Of a stretch of 64,000 bases of DNA, positions 8,441 through 17,851 are shown piece by piece. Position numbers and translations under genes: made by a program. How positions within the stretch are numbered: position 1 is the stretch's first letter; each line of letters begins with the position of its first letter. The DNA comes from Bacilli bacterium (lineage in GTDB: Bacteria > Bacillota_I > Bacilli_A > RF39 > UBA660), in the NCBI GenBank assembly GCA_047971315.1, contig JBKDZP010000004.1, forward strand, positions 5,466-69,465, given 5' to 3'. Under the pieces are notes generated by a model. It did not search any database, was not told the DNA's origin, and saw nothing but the letters and a program-made list of their open reading frames with translations.

Positions 8441-11400
8441 CTTTTTCACTTAACATTTTATAATAATTATATCTTTCTATTGCTGATAATTTGTTTTGAT
8501 ATAATAAATTTTCTTTATTTTCCTTATTTACAATATCTAACATTTTAAATCTACTTTGAGTATTCAAAAAATCATTATATTGATTAAAATCTACATTTTT
8601 ACTATCTAAAATAAATTTTTTAGTTTCAGGATTATATCTAAATGTAAGAAAATATCCACAAGCTGTTGCTTGTTTTTCACATTCAACACTATTTTTTAAT
8701 CCACCTTCTATTCCATGAGAAATACATGGTGTATAAGCTATAATAATTGATGGCCCGTTATGTTGCTCAGCCTCTTTAAATGCTTTTATTACTTGTAACA
8801 TATTAGCTCCAATAGAAACTTGAGCAACATAAACATTTGGATAAGCTAACGCCATTTTTGATAAATCTTTTTTAGTAGTGTTTTTACCAGTTGATGCGAA
8901 TGATAAAACAGCACCTGTTGGACTTGATTTTGATGATTGACCACCAGTATTTGAATATACTTGGGAATCTAGAACTAAAATGTTAACATTATCATTACTA
9001 GCTAATACATGATCTATTCCACCAAATCCTATATCATATGCCCATCCATCTCCACCTATTGTCCAAATAGATCTTTTTTTTATAAATTCTTTAAGTTTAG
9101 ATAATTCTTCTGGAATTTCATATTTTTCCAAATTATCATATACTTCTTTTGTTATTTCATAATTATTATTATTTTCTAACCACTTATTAAATATTTCTTT
9201 ATTATTTTCGTTTTGATTATTTTTCATAATATTATAAATTCTTGTTTTTATTACATTATTACCAACTAATATTCCATATCCAAATTCAGCATTATCTTCA
9301 AATAATGAACTTGCCCAAGGAATAGTATATGGCATTGATGGACAACTTGCACCATATATTGAAGAACATCCAGTTGCATTTGCAATTATTAGTTGTTCAC
9401 CAAATAATTGAGTTAATAATTTTATATAAGCAGTTTCTCCACATCCTGCACATGCACCAGAAAATGTAAATTTTGGTTCACTAAATTGACTTCCAATTAC
9501 TGTATTGTTATTTATAATTTTTTTATCTTTAATATTTTGATCTAAGTAATTAAATATTTCTTGTTCCTTACTGTTTTTTTCTAAGAATAATTTTTCAAAT
9601 ATTAGGGCCTTATTATTAGATAATCCTGGACATATTTTTATACAAACACCACATCCTGTACAATCTTCTATTGATATTCCGATTATATAATAGAAGTCTT
9701 CTAATTCTTTGCCTTTTCCCTTGACACATTTTTTTTGAACATAATCTGGTGCTAAATTATATTCTTCCTCACTTAACAAATATGGTCTTATAACACCATG
9801 AGGACATACTAGTGAACATTGATTACATCTTATACAATTACTACTAATCCATTTTGGAACAAAATCACTTATTCCTCTTTTTTCTAAAGAAGATGTCCCA
9901 CCATCAAATGAACCATCATTATTTTTAACAAATTCACTTGTTTTAATTGAATATCCTTTTCTTTTAGATAATATATCAAAAATTGTATTATTCATATTTT
10001 CAACTTCATTTTCATTCGGTACAATATTTGTTATTTCTTTTAAATAATTATCTACTTCTTCAAGTGCTTGGAAGTTTGATTCAATAATTTTATCTCCAGC
10101 TTTTATAAATTTTTTACTTATGTATTTTTTTAATTCATTTGTCGCAAGATTTATATCAACTATCTTAGATATTTTTAATATTGCCATTTCCATTATCATA
10201 CTTATTTTATTTTGTAAGCCAACTTTTCTAGCTAATTCATATGCATTTATAATATATAATTTTATGTTTTTTTCCTGTAATACTTGATAATTTACTTTAT
10301 TCATATTTTCAAGTAAATCTTGCTCATTAGTTGTATTAATTAAACAAATTCCATTTTTTTCTAATTTATCTAGAATATCAAATTCTTTTAAATAACTTTC
10401 TTTAGATATAACAATAATACTTGGATTTTCAACATAATATGGTTTTCTTATTTTTTCTTTACCAAATCTTAAATGACTTATAGTTACTCCACCTGATTTT
10501 TTTGAATCATATTCAAAATATCCTTGAACGAAATTGCTTGTATTGTTACCTACTAAACTTATTAATGATTTAGAAGCACTAATCATTCCATCACTACCAT
10601 AGCCATATATTAGGATTTCATCTTCACTTTTGGTTTTAAAATCACAATCAAAGTCTAGACTAAGGTTAGTAACATCATCTTCAATTCCTATTGTAAAATT
10701 ATTTTTAGGTGAATCTAACATATCATAGATTGATTTAATTTGAGCAGGAGTAGTGTTTTTACTTGAAAGCCCATATCTACCACCAACTATATTAATATTT
10801 TTATCTTTAAGGATACTAATTACATCTAAATATAGTGGTTCTCCGACACTTCCATGTTCTTTAGTTCTATCTAATACAGCAATTGATTTAACTGTACTTG
10901 GTAAAACATTTAAAAAATATTTTGAACTAAATGGACGATATAAATGTACTTCTAATAATCCAATATCGCCTCCAAGAGCATCAATTGTTTCTTTAATTGT
11001 TTCATTAACTGAACCCATTGCTACAATTACTTTTGAGGCAGTACTACTTCCATAGTAGTTAAATGGTTTATAATTAGTATTGGCTAGCTCATTTATTTTT
11101 TCCATATATTTATTTACAATATCTGGTAGTTTATCATAAAAAATATTTTTAGCTTCCATTGCTTGAAAATAAATATCGTCATTTTGAGCTGTTCCCTTAG
11201 TTTTTGGAGCATTAGGATTTAAAGCTCTATTTCTAAATTCTTTTACTTTTTCTTTATTAAGCATTGATTCATAATCACTTTGTTCTAAAACTTCAATTTT
11301 ATTTATTTCATGACTTGTTCTAAATCCATCAAAAAAGTGTAAAAAAGGCATACTTGCTTCAATTGCTGAAAGATGCGAAATTCCAGCTAAGTAACTTGAA

Positions 11401-11873
11401 TCTTGAACACTAGATGAGGCAAGCATTGCAAATCCAGTCATTCTTGTTGCATAAATATCTTGATGATCTCCAAAAATACTAAGTGCATGAGTTGATAATG
11501 ATCTAGCTGCTACATGAAATACTGTTGGCAACATTTCACCTGCTATTTTATACATGTTAGGAATCATTAAAAGTAAGCCTTGACTTGCAGTAAATGTTGT
11601 TGTTAAAAGACCTGCTTGAAGTGAACCATGTACCATCCCAGCAGCACCTGCTTCACTTTGCATTTCTACAACTTTTACGGTATCATTAAAAATATTAAGT
11701 TTACCATTATTACTCCATTCATCTACATGCTCTGCCATTGGACTTGATGGAGTAATTGGATAAATTCCTGATACTTCACTAAACATATAGGCAACTTGAC
11801 TACATGCTTCATTACCATCTGCTATTATTATTTTTTTCATTTTTTCACTATCCTTTATATTTAATTTTACCAT
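8436..11873 (-). CDS. nifJ: Pyruvate:ferredoxin (flavodoxin) oxidoreductase, single-polypeptide PFOR.
   Basis: 1145 aa. Two 4Fe-4S ferredoxin motifs (CIRCNQCSLVCPHG and CTGCGVCIKICPG) and the TPP-binding GDGWAYDIGFGG region. The overall length is typical of nifJ/por. Confidence 0.9.
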   Translation of the reverse strand: MVKLNIKDSEKMKKIIIADGNEACSQVAYMFSEVSGIYPITPSSPMAEHVDEWSNNGKLNIFNDTVKVVEMQSEAGAAGMVHGSLQAGLLTTTFTASQGLLLMIPNMYKIAGEMLPTVFHVAARSLSTHALSIFGDHQDIYATRMTGFAMLASSSVQDSSYLAGISHLSAIEASMPFLHFFDGFRTSHEINKIEVLEQSDYESMLNKEKVKEFRNRALNPNAPKTKGTAQNDDIYFQAMEAKNIFYDKLPDIVNKYMEKINELANTNYKPFNYYGSSTASKVIVAMGSVNETIKETIDALGGDIGLLEVHLYRPFSSKYFLNVLPSTVKSIAVLDRTKEHGSVGEPLYLDVISILKDKNINIVGGRYGLSSKNTTPAQIKSIYDMLDSPKNNFTIGIEDDVTNLSLDFDCDFKTKSEDEILIYGYGSDGMISASKSLISLVGNNTSNFVQGYFEYDSKKSGGVTISHLRFGKEKIRKPYYVENPSIIVISKESYLKEFDILDKLEKNGICLINTTNEQDLLENMNKVNYQVLQEKNIKLYIINAYELARKVGLQNKISMIMEMAILKISKIVDINLATNELKKYISKKFIKAGDKIIESNFQALEEVDNYLKEITNIVPNENEVENMNNTIFDILSKRKGYSIKTSEFVKNNDGSFDGGTSSLEKRGISDFVPKWISSNCIRCNQCSLVCPHGVIRPYLLSEEEYNLAPDYVQKKCVKGKGKELEDFYYIIGISIEDCTGCGVCIKICPGLSNNKALIFEKLFLEKNSKEQEIFNYLDQNIKDKKIINNNTVIGSQFSEPKFTFSGACAGCGETAYIKLLTQLFGEQLIIANATGCSSIYGASCPSMPYTIPWASSLFEDNAEFGYGILVGNNVIKTRIYNIMKNNQNENNKEIFNKWLENNNNYEITKEVYDNLEKYEIPEELSKLKEFIKKRSIWTIGGDGWAYDIGFGGIDHVLASNDNVNILVLDSQVYSNTGGQSSKSSPTGAVLSFASTGKNTTKKDLSKMALAYPNVYVAQVSIGANMLQVIKAFKEAEQHNGPSIIIAYTPCISHGIEGGLKNSVECEKQATACGYFLTFRYNPETKKFILDSKNVDFNQYNDFLNTQSRFKMLDIVNKENKENLLYQNKLSAIERYNYYKMLSEKE

Positions 11874-11924
11874 ATTTTTTTGTTTTTTTTGTTTAAAAAT
11901 GTTAAAAAAACATCAATTGATGTT

Positions 11925-12464
11925 TTAATAATTGATTGCTTTTTCTTCAAAATAAGATTTTGGATGATCACAAACTGGACATGCATTTGGTACTTTTTCT
12001 CCATAATGAATATGTCCACAGTTTCTACAAATCCACATTTTAGGTACAACTCTTTTAAATACCATTCCTACTTTTACATTTTCTAATAATTTTAAATATC
12101 TTTCTTCATGTTCTTTTTCTATTTTACCTACTTCATCAAATAGATATGAAATACGATCAAATCCTTCTTCTTTAGCTGTTTTAGAAAATTCAGCATACAT
12201 ATCTGTCCATTCAAAGTTTTCTCCATTTGCAGCATCTTCTAGATTTGTTATTGTATCTGGAACTTGACCTTCATGTAATAATTTAAACCATATTTTTGCA
12301 TGTTCTTTTTCGTTTGATGCAGTTTCTTCAAAAATTGCTGCTATTTGTTCATATCCATCTTTTTTTGCTTGACTTGCATAGTATGTATATTTATTTCTTG
12401 CTTGACTTTCTCCAGCAAAAGCTGACATTAAATTTTGTTCTGTTTTACTTCCTTTTAATTCCAT
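11925..12464 (-). CDS. rbr: Rubrerythrin. The start is probably the internal Met (MELKGSKTEQNL), preceded by AGAAGGT.
   Basis: A ferritin-like diiron N-domain (EKEHAKIWFKLL) plus a C-terminal rubredoxin-like CxxC...CPVC. Confidence 0.85.
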   Translation of the reverse strand: MELKGSKTEQNLMSAFAGESQARNKYTYYASQAKKDGYEQIAAIFEETASNEKEHAKIWFKLLHEGQVPDTITNLEDAANGENFEWTDMYAEFSKTAKEEGFDRISYLFDEVGKIEKEHEERYLKLLENVKVGMVFKRVVPKMWICRNCGHIHYGEKVPNACPVCDHPKSYFEEKAINY

Positions 12465-12466
12465 AG

Positions 12467-12853
12467 TTAACCTTCTTTCTTTTCTTGACATTGTTTACAT
12501 ATTCCACAAAATAATAAGTCTTGGTTTGTTATTTCACATTCTAAATAGTTTTGTACTTGATTAGTAATATTTTCTATTATAAAGTTATTTATATCATATA
12601 TTTTATGACATTTATTACAATATAAATGAGAATGTAAATTTAGTGTTTTATCGTAACAATCACTACCTTGTGCCATGTATATTTTTTTTATTTGTTTAAG
12701 TTCTACTAACTGATTTAGATTACGATAAATAGTTCCTAAGCTGATATTTGGTATTTCTTTTTTTACCATATCATATATTATTTCAGTATTTAAATGTTCA
12801 CAACTATTTTGAATTACTTTTAATATTGTTTCTCTTTGCATGGAATATCTCAT
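12467..12853 (-). CDS. Fur-family metalloregulator, PerR-like by context (co-operonic with rubrerythrin).
   Basis: 128 aa. A winged HTH, an HSHLYC..C motif and a C-terminal CGICKQC zinc site. A palindromic box lies upstream. Confidence 0.75.
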   Translation of the reverse strand: MRYSMQRETILKVIQNSCEHLNTEIIYDMVKKEIPNISLGTIYRNLNQLVELKQIKKIYMAQGSDCYDKTLNLHSHLYCNKCHKIYDINNFIIENITNQVQNYLECEITNQDLLFCGICKQCQEKKEG

Positions 12854-12865
12854 ATGTCACCTCTT

Positions 12866-12884
12866 AATAGTAATAATTACTATT
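12866..12884. promoter_or_regulatory. Fur/PerR-box-like perfect palindrome upstream of the perR-like gene.
   Basis: AATAGTAAT-A-ATTACTATT has 9-bp inverted arms in the 7-1-7 Fur-box format. It sits 13 bp upstream of the regulator's start. A half-site AATAGTAATTATT recurs at 12918-12930. Confidence 0.5.
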
Positions 12885-12935
12885 ATTATTAGTATATATC
12901 ATAAATAAAAAAAATCAATAGTAATTATTAATTTT

Positions 12936-14126
12936 TTATCTTTTTTTTAATATTATTTTTTGTTGTTCTTTTTCTATATGAATTCTTTGTACAACTGCTA
13001 AAGATATAATTAGTGAAAGCGTATAACTACCACCATAGCTTAAAAAAGGTAAAGGAATTCCTGTAAGTGGCATAACTCCAAATAATCCTCCTAGATTAAT
13101 AAGTATATGTAAGAATATATAAGTTGCAATTCCAAGTGCTATATATTGACCTCGTATTGTATTTGAATTTGTAGAAATTTTTAATATTCTAAATAATATT
13201 ACAATATATATAATAAATATTATAGTACATTTAATAAATCCATTTTCTTCTGCTATTATAGCAAAAACTGAATCAGTATGGGCTTCTGGGATATATGTTA
13301 CTTGTTTGCTTTGTCCTAATCCAACTCCAAATAATCCTCCAGAGTTTATCGCAATAAATCCATTACATACTTGATAACCACCGTCAGTATATTTAGAACA
13401 CGGATCAAAAAAATCAAAACGGCTAGATTGAGTCTTTGTAAATAAACCACCTGTTACAATAGAATAAATACCTGCTGATGCAATAATTAATAATAAACCA
13501 AGTCCAATTGTTTTTAACTTTTCTATTCTTAGTATCGGACTTCCTAAAAACATTACTGCAAATATTAAAAAAGTAACTATCATTGTTCCTAAATCTTTTT
13601 GAAGAAATATTATTATAGGAAAAATTGTTCCAATAAATAGTATTCTTGCGATTAAATCATAATGAAATCTTTTTTTATCTTTTAGTTTAAAATATACATT
13701 TTCAAAATAAGTAGCTAATGCTATTATCATAATAGGTTTTGAAAATTCACTAGGTTGAAATTTTCCAAATATTGGTATATTTAACCAGTTTTTGTTTCCC
13801 ATATGGAATGAACCATAAATTAATAAATACACTAAACATACACCAATAAATAAAAATAGTATCTTAATCAGTGATTTATAATATTTGGTTGGAATTGTTA
13901 TTATAATCAACGAAAATATAAATCCAGCTAATAATATTTCCCCCTGTTTGAAGAAAAAAGTATAAAGTGGTATATTATAAATTACAACAACTGATTTACT
14001 TGATGCAGTTACAATATTTAATAATCCTAAAATAAATAAAATAATTGTAATAAATAAAAGAACTTTATCTGAATCCCTCAAATCATTTTTTAACGTTTTT
14101 ATAAATTTTTCTAGCATATATTTCAC
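12936..14126 (-). CDS. SEDS-family peptidoglycan glycosyltransferase (FtsW/RodA/SpoVE family).
   Basis: 396 aa and polytopic. It carries GGLFGVGLGQSKQVTYIPEAHTDSVFAIIAEENGF. Confidence 0.85.
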   Translation of the reverse strand: MKYMLEKFIKTLKNDLRDSDKVLLFITIILFILGLLNIVTASSKSVVVIYNIPLYTFFFKQGEILLAGFIFSLIIITIPTKYYKSLIKILFLFIGVCLVYLLIYGSFHMGNKNWLNIPIFGKFQPSEFSKPIMIIALATYFENVYFKLKDKKRFHYDLIARILFIGTIFPIIIFLQKDLGTMIVTFLIFAVMFLGSPILRIEKLKTIGLGLLLIIASAGIYSIVTGGLFTKTQSSRFDFFDPCSKYTDGGYQVCNGFIAINSGGLFGVGLGQSKQVTYIPEAHTDSVFAIIAEENGFIKCTIIFIIYIVILFRILKISTNSNTIRGQYIALGIATYIFLHILINLGGLFGVMPLTGIPLPFLSYGGSYTLSLIISLAVVQRIHIEKEQQKIILKKR

Positions 14127-14265
14127 CTACTTTAATATCTATTATATAACAAGTATTATTTTTTTTAAATACTTTTGATGAATTTACTACATAATTAGGT
14201 TAATATATTAACCAATTTTTTATATTTTAATAAAATATAGTAGACCTAGATAGGAGGAAACAATT

Positions 14266-14427
14266 ATGTATTATTACGGTGGATACCAAGGATATGGATG
14301 TAACCCTTGTGGTGGTGGTTATGGCTATGGTACTGGTGGCGGAGCAGGTTACGGAGCTGCTATTATTTTAGTTTTATTTATTTTATTAGTAATTATTATC
14401 GGAGCTAGATCTTGGGGAAATATCTAA
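14266..14427 (+). CDS. YjcZ-like tiny sporulation membrane protein (53 aa), not in the ORF table.
   Basis: TAGGAGGAAACAATT-ATG, product MYYYGGYQGYGCNPCGGGYGYGTGGGAGYGAAIILVLFILLVIIIGARSWGNI. A Gly/Tyr-rich head plus one transmembrane helix is characteristic of the YjcZ / tiny_TM_bacill family. Confidence 0.6.
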   Translation: MYYYGGYQGYGCNPCGGGYGYGTGGGAGYGAAIILVLFILLVIIIGARSWGNI

Positions 14428-14548
14428 TATCTAAGTCATTTAAACTCTACTTTTGTAGAGTTTTTATTATATTTTTGTATTTTTGGGTTTTTTAACTATT
14501 TATATTTTGTATTTTTTTATATACTAAAGTAGATAGGGGGAATAACTA

Positions 14549-14704
14549 ATGTGCGCAAATAATTGTCAACCTACTGGAAATCCATGTTGTGAAAGTTATT
14601 GTGGTACTCCAAGTAGATATGGTAATGGAGCTGCTATTATTCTAGTTTTATTTATTTTACTAATAATAATTATTGGTGTTAATCACTGTGGATTTGGTTT
14701 TTAA
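14549..14704 (+). CDS. Second YjcZ-like tiny sporulation membrane protein (51 aa), a tandem paralog, not in the ORF table.
   Basis: GATAGGGGGGAATAACTA-ATG, product MCANNCQPTGNPCCESYCGTPSRYGNGAAIILVLFILLIIIIGVNHCGFGF. Terminators (AAACTCTAC/GTAGAGTTT + T-run, and AGCCC/GGGCT + T-run) follow each copy. Confidence 0.55.
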   Translation: MCANNCQPTGNPCCESYCGTPSRYGNGAAIILVLFILLIIIIGVNHCGFGF

Positions 14705-14796
14705 TATTAAATTAGTTAATTAGCCCTATTTGGGCTTTTTGTTTTGTTGTAATGTTTAAAAAATTGTGTTAAAATATTTAGTATGGAGTTGGTATT

Positions 14797-15345
14797 ATGT
14801 TTAAAAAACTAAACATATTAGATGAAAAAGATAAAAAATTAAGAAAAATAAGTGAAGAGGTTATTTTTCCAATATCTAAAGAAGATAAAGATACTATTAA
14901 ACAAATAATTGAGCAATTGACCTATAGTCAAATTGAAAAATTTGAAAAAATGTATAATTTACGACCTGGAATGGGACTTGCATTTGTACAACTTGGTATC
15001 TTAAAAAGGATAATTGTTATTGTTGATGAATATGAAGAAGGCAAGTTTGACGAATATGTTGTTATAAATCCTATTATAAATAGTCATTCATCTGAAATTA
15101 TTGCTGCTGAAGCCGGTGAAGGTTGTCTTAGTGTGAATAGAGAAATTGATGGTCATGTCCCAAGATATGCTAGAATAACAATTGAAGGATATGATTTAGA
15201 TGGTAATAAAATTAAAATTCGTGCTCGCGAAGAGTTAGCAATTGCTTTTCAACATGAGATTGATCATTTAAATGGAATTCTATTTTTTGATCATATTAAT
15301 AAAAGTAAACCATTTTATAATGATAAAGAAATAAGAATTATTTAG
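14797..15345 (+). CDS. def: Peptide deformylase.
   Basis: Motifs GxGLAAxQ-like (GMGLAFVQLG), EGCLS and QHEIDHLNG. Confidence 0.9.
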   Translation: MFKKLNILDEKDKKLRKISEEVIFPISKEDKDTIKQIIEQLTYSQIEKFEKMYNLRPGMGLAFVQLGILKRIIVIVDEYEEGKFDEYVVINPIINSHSSEIIAAEAGEGCLSVNREIDGHVPRYARITIEGYDLDGNKIKIRAREELAIAFQHEIDHLNGILFFDHINKSKPFYNDKEIRII

Positions 15346-15353
15346 GAGGATAT

Positions 15354-15488
15354 ATGAAAAAATCTATTTTAAAGGTTGTTTTGCTTATTGTTGTTGCGTG
15401 TCTTTGTTCTGTTCTAATTTATTATAATTTCGAAAAAAATTCTAAACAAGACACAAATTTATTTCAAATTACGCATTTAGGAAAATAA
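15354..15488 (+). CDS. Small secreted or membrane peptide (44 aa), not in the ORF table.
   Basis: TTAGGAGGATAT-ATG, product MKKSILKVVLLIVVACLCSVLIYYNFEKNSKQDTNLFQITHLGK. A bidirectional hairpin terminator follows at 15490-15515 (AAAAATGACTT/AAGTCATTTTT). Confidence 0.4.
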   Translation: MKKSILKVVLLIVVACLCSVLIYYNFEKNSKQDTNLFQITHLGK

Positions 15489-15510
15489 AAAATGACTTAA
15501 AGTCATTTTT

Positions 15511-16263
15511 TTATACATATTTTCCAATATTTATTATATAATTATCTTTTTTTGTTTGTTTTTCTATTCCTATAAATTTATATTTACCATACTTTCTAAT
15601 ACCAAATATATCATTTTCTTTAAGAATATAGGAATTATTTGTTAGTATTTTATAATTTAAAATTATATCTTTATCATTTATTAATTCTAATATCTTAGAT
15701 CGATTTGTTTTTATTATTTTTGGTAATACTGCATCAATTCTAAATGAGGGAACTATTATTTGTTCTGTTACATATTTTTGTGCAACATTATTTAAAGTAT
15801 CAATTTCTACTTGTTCTAATGATACATTATATTTTCCTATTTTAACTAAATTTTGAGATAAATAATAGGAAATATGTTCTTTAACTACTATATACCAATT
15901 ATCATTAAATATTATGTCTCCAAATAAATTTTGATTTAAATTTAAAGCAAATAAGCTACCTAGTATATCTTGATGTCTTAGGTTATTATTTGTAGTTATT
16001 TTATAAATAATTATATTTGGACAACTAGTATATATTACATTTTTTTCACTATCAATTGATGGTTTATAAATTTGATAATTAGTTTTATTTTTATTTAGTA
16101 CACTAGTTACTAGTTGTAATTGTCTTGGGTCAAGAAAAGGTGTTGAACCACCTTTATTTATTTTTTCTATTTCATTTTTTATTAATATTTTATCTTCTTT
16201 ATTTAGTTCCATATTTTTCCATGAATTCATCATATGAAATTTGCTTATCAATATAACTTCCAT
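15511..16263 (-). CDS. Hypothetical protein with a C-terminal S4-like RNA-binding region (YlmH-like?). The true start is probably an internal Met.
   Basis: 250 aa. The C-terminus KILELINDKDIILNYKILTNNSYILKENDIFGIRKYGKYKFIGI is S4-like. The 5' 65 nt overlap the upstream ABC-F gene, which argues for a later start. Confidence 0.3.
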   Translation of the reverse strand: MEVILISKFHMMNSWKNMELNKEDKILIKNEIEKINKGGSTPFLDPRQLQLVTSVLNKNKTNYQIYKPSIDSEKNVIYTSCPNIIIYKITTNNNLRHQDILGSLFALNLNQNLFGDIIFNDNWYIVVKEHISYYLSQNLVKIGKYNVSLEQVEIDTLNNVAQKYVTEQIIVPSFRIDAVLPKIIKTNRSKILELINDKDIILNYKILTNNSYILKENDIFGIRKYGKYKFIGIEKQTKKDNYIINIGKYV

Positions 16264-17806
16264 CTTCTTTTAAAAGTATTATACGGTTACTAATTGTTTC
16301 AATTAATTGTTGATCAAATGTAGTAAATGCTAGTACACCATTAAAACTTTCTAAAGAATTATTTAAAGATGTAATCGCTTCAATATCTAAATGGTTTGTT
16401 GGTTCATCAAATAATAATACATTTGATTTTTCCAACATCATTTTAGAAAACATTAATCTTACCTTTTCTCCTCCAGATAATACTGATGTGTTTTTTAAGG
16501 CTTCTTCTTTAGAAAATAACATTCTACCTAAAAATCCTCTTACAAAACTTTCATCTTTATTTTCAGAGTAATTTCTTAAAAAATCAACTAATGTATAATT
16601 ATTATCAAAATATTTATCATGATTTTTAGCAAAGTATGATATTTTTGCATTTCCACCTACTTTAATTGTACCACTATCTGGTTCAATTTCACCTGCAAGT
16701 ATTTTTAATAATGTAGTTTTTCCAAGTTCGTTAGTTCCTAAAATAGCTATTTTATCATCTGGTTTAATTGTTAAGTTAATATTTTTTAATATTTCTTTTC
16801 CATCAATACTATAATTTACTTTTTCTAGTGTAATAACGTCTTTACCAACAGCTTTTTCAAACTCAAATTTAATAAATGGATATTTACGACTTGATGGTTT
16901 TATTTCATCTAGTACTATTTTTTCTAGTGATTTTTTTCTTGATGTTGCTTGTTTTGATTTTGATGCATTAGCAGAAAATCTTCTAATAAAGTCCTGGAGT
17001 TCTTTTATTTTTTCTTCTTTTCTTTTGTTTGAATCTCTCATTTGGCTTTGAATTAATTCACTTGATTGATACCAAAAATCATAGTTACCAACAAATAATG
17101 TTATTTTTTCATAGTCAATATCCACCATATGAGTACACACTTTATTTAAAAAATGTCTATCATGTGAAACAACTAATACAGTATTTTTAAAATTTATTAA
17201 AAATTCTTCTAACCAAAATATACTCTCAGCATCTAATCCATTTGTGGGTTCATCTAAAAGTAATATATCTGGATTTCCAAATAATGCTCTAGCTAATAAA
17301 ACTTTTACTTTATCTTTATCTTTTAATTCACCCATTAATGAACTATGATATTCGTTTACTAGTCCTAATCCTGATAAGAGTATTGAAGCATCACTTTCAG
17401 CTTGCCATCCATTTTTTTCTTCAAATCTAGCTTCTAATTCTCCTGCTTTTATACCGTCTTCCATACTAAAATCTGGTTTCATATATAATGCTTCTTTTTC
17501 TTTCATTATTGAATAAAGTTCTTCATCACCCATCATTACTGTTTCTAATACAGTGTTTTCATCAAATTCATGGTGATTTTGTTTTAAAACTGATAAACGT
17601 TCATTTTTTCCTATTATTACATTTCCCTTTGTTGAATCTATTTCTCCACTTAATATTTTAAGAAATGTAGATTTACCAGCTCCATTTGCGCCAATTATCC
17701 CGTAACAATTATCTCCAGTAAATTCTAAGTTTACGTCTTCAAAAAGGATTCTGCTACCGTATCTTAATCCTATATCATTTGCTTTTAACATATTATCTCT
17801 CCTCAA
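16199..17806 (-). CDS. ABC-F family ATPase (tandem ABC domains, no transmembrane domain).
   Basis: Two Walker A motifs (GANGAGKST and GTNELGKTT), two signature motifs (LSGG-like and SGGEKVRL), and D-loops LLLDEPTNGLD and LLFDEPTNHLD. Confidence 0.85.
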   Translation of the reverse strand: MRRDNMLKANDIGLRYGSRILFEDVNLEFTGDNCYGIIGANGAGKSTFLKILSGEIDSTKGNVIIGKNERLSVLKQNHHEFDENTVLETVMMGDEELYSIMKEKEALYMKPDFSMEDGIKAGELEARFEEKNGWQAESDASILLSGLGLVNEYHSSLMGELKDKDKVKVLLARALFGNPDILLLDEPTNGLDAESIFWLEEFLINFKNTVLVVSHDRHFLNKVCTHMVDIDYEKITLFVGNYDFWYQSSELIQSQMRDSNKRKEEKIKELQDFIRRFSANASKSKQATSRKKSLEKIVLDEIKPSSRKYPFIKFEFEKAVGKDVITLEKVNYSIDGKEILKNINLTIKPDDKIAILGTNELGKTTLLKILAGEIEPDSGTIKVGGNAKISYFAKNHDKYFDNNYTLVDFLRNYSENKDESFVRGFLGRMLFSKEEALKNTSVLSGGEKVRLMFSKMMLEKSNVLLFDEPTNHLDIEAITSLNNSLESFNGVLAFTTFDQQLIETISNRIILLKEDGSYIDKQISYDEFMEKYGTK

Positions 17807-17851
17807 CTTGTACTATTTTATCATATATAACATAAAAAAGTAAGATTTTTC

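Noticed and set aside
10753-11055. Plus-strand ORFs antisense to large minus-strand genes (for example 10753-11055, 17979-18383, 19539-19781, 20455-20834, 42818-43021, 43676-44002, 52042-52380, 55031-55375, 55815-56072).
   Set aside because: They lie entirely inside well-supported genes on the opposite strand, have a biased hydrophobic composition typical of antisense AT-rich frames, and have no ribosome-binding sites.
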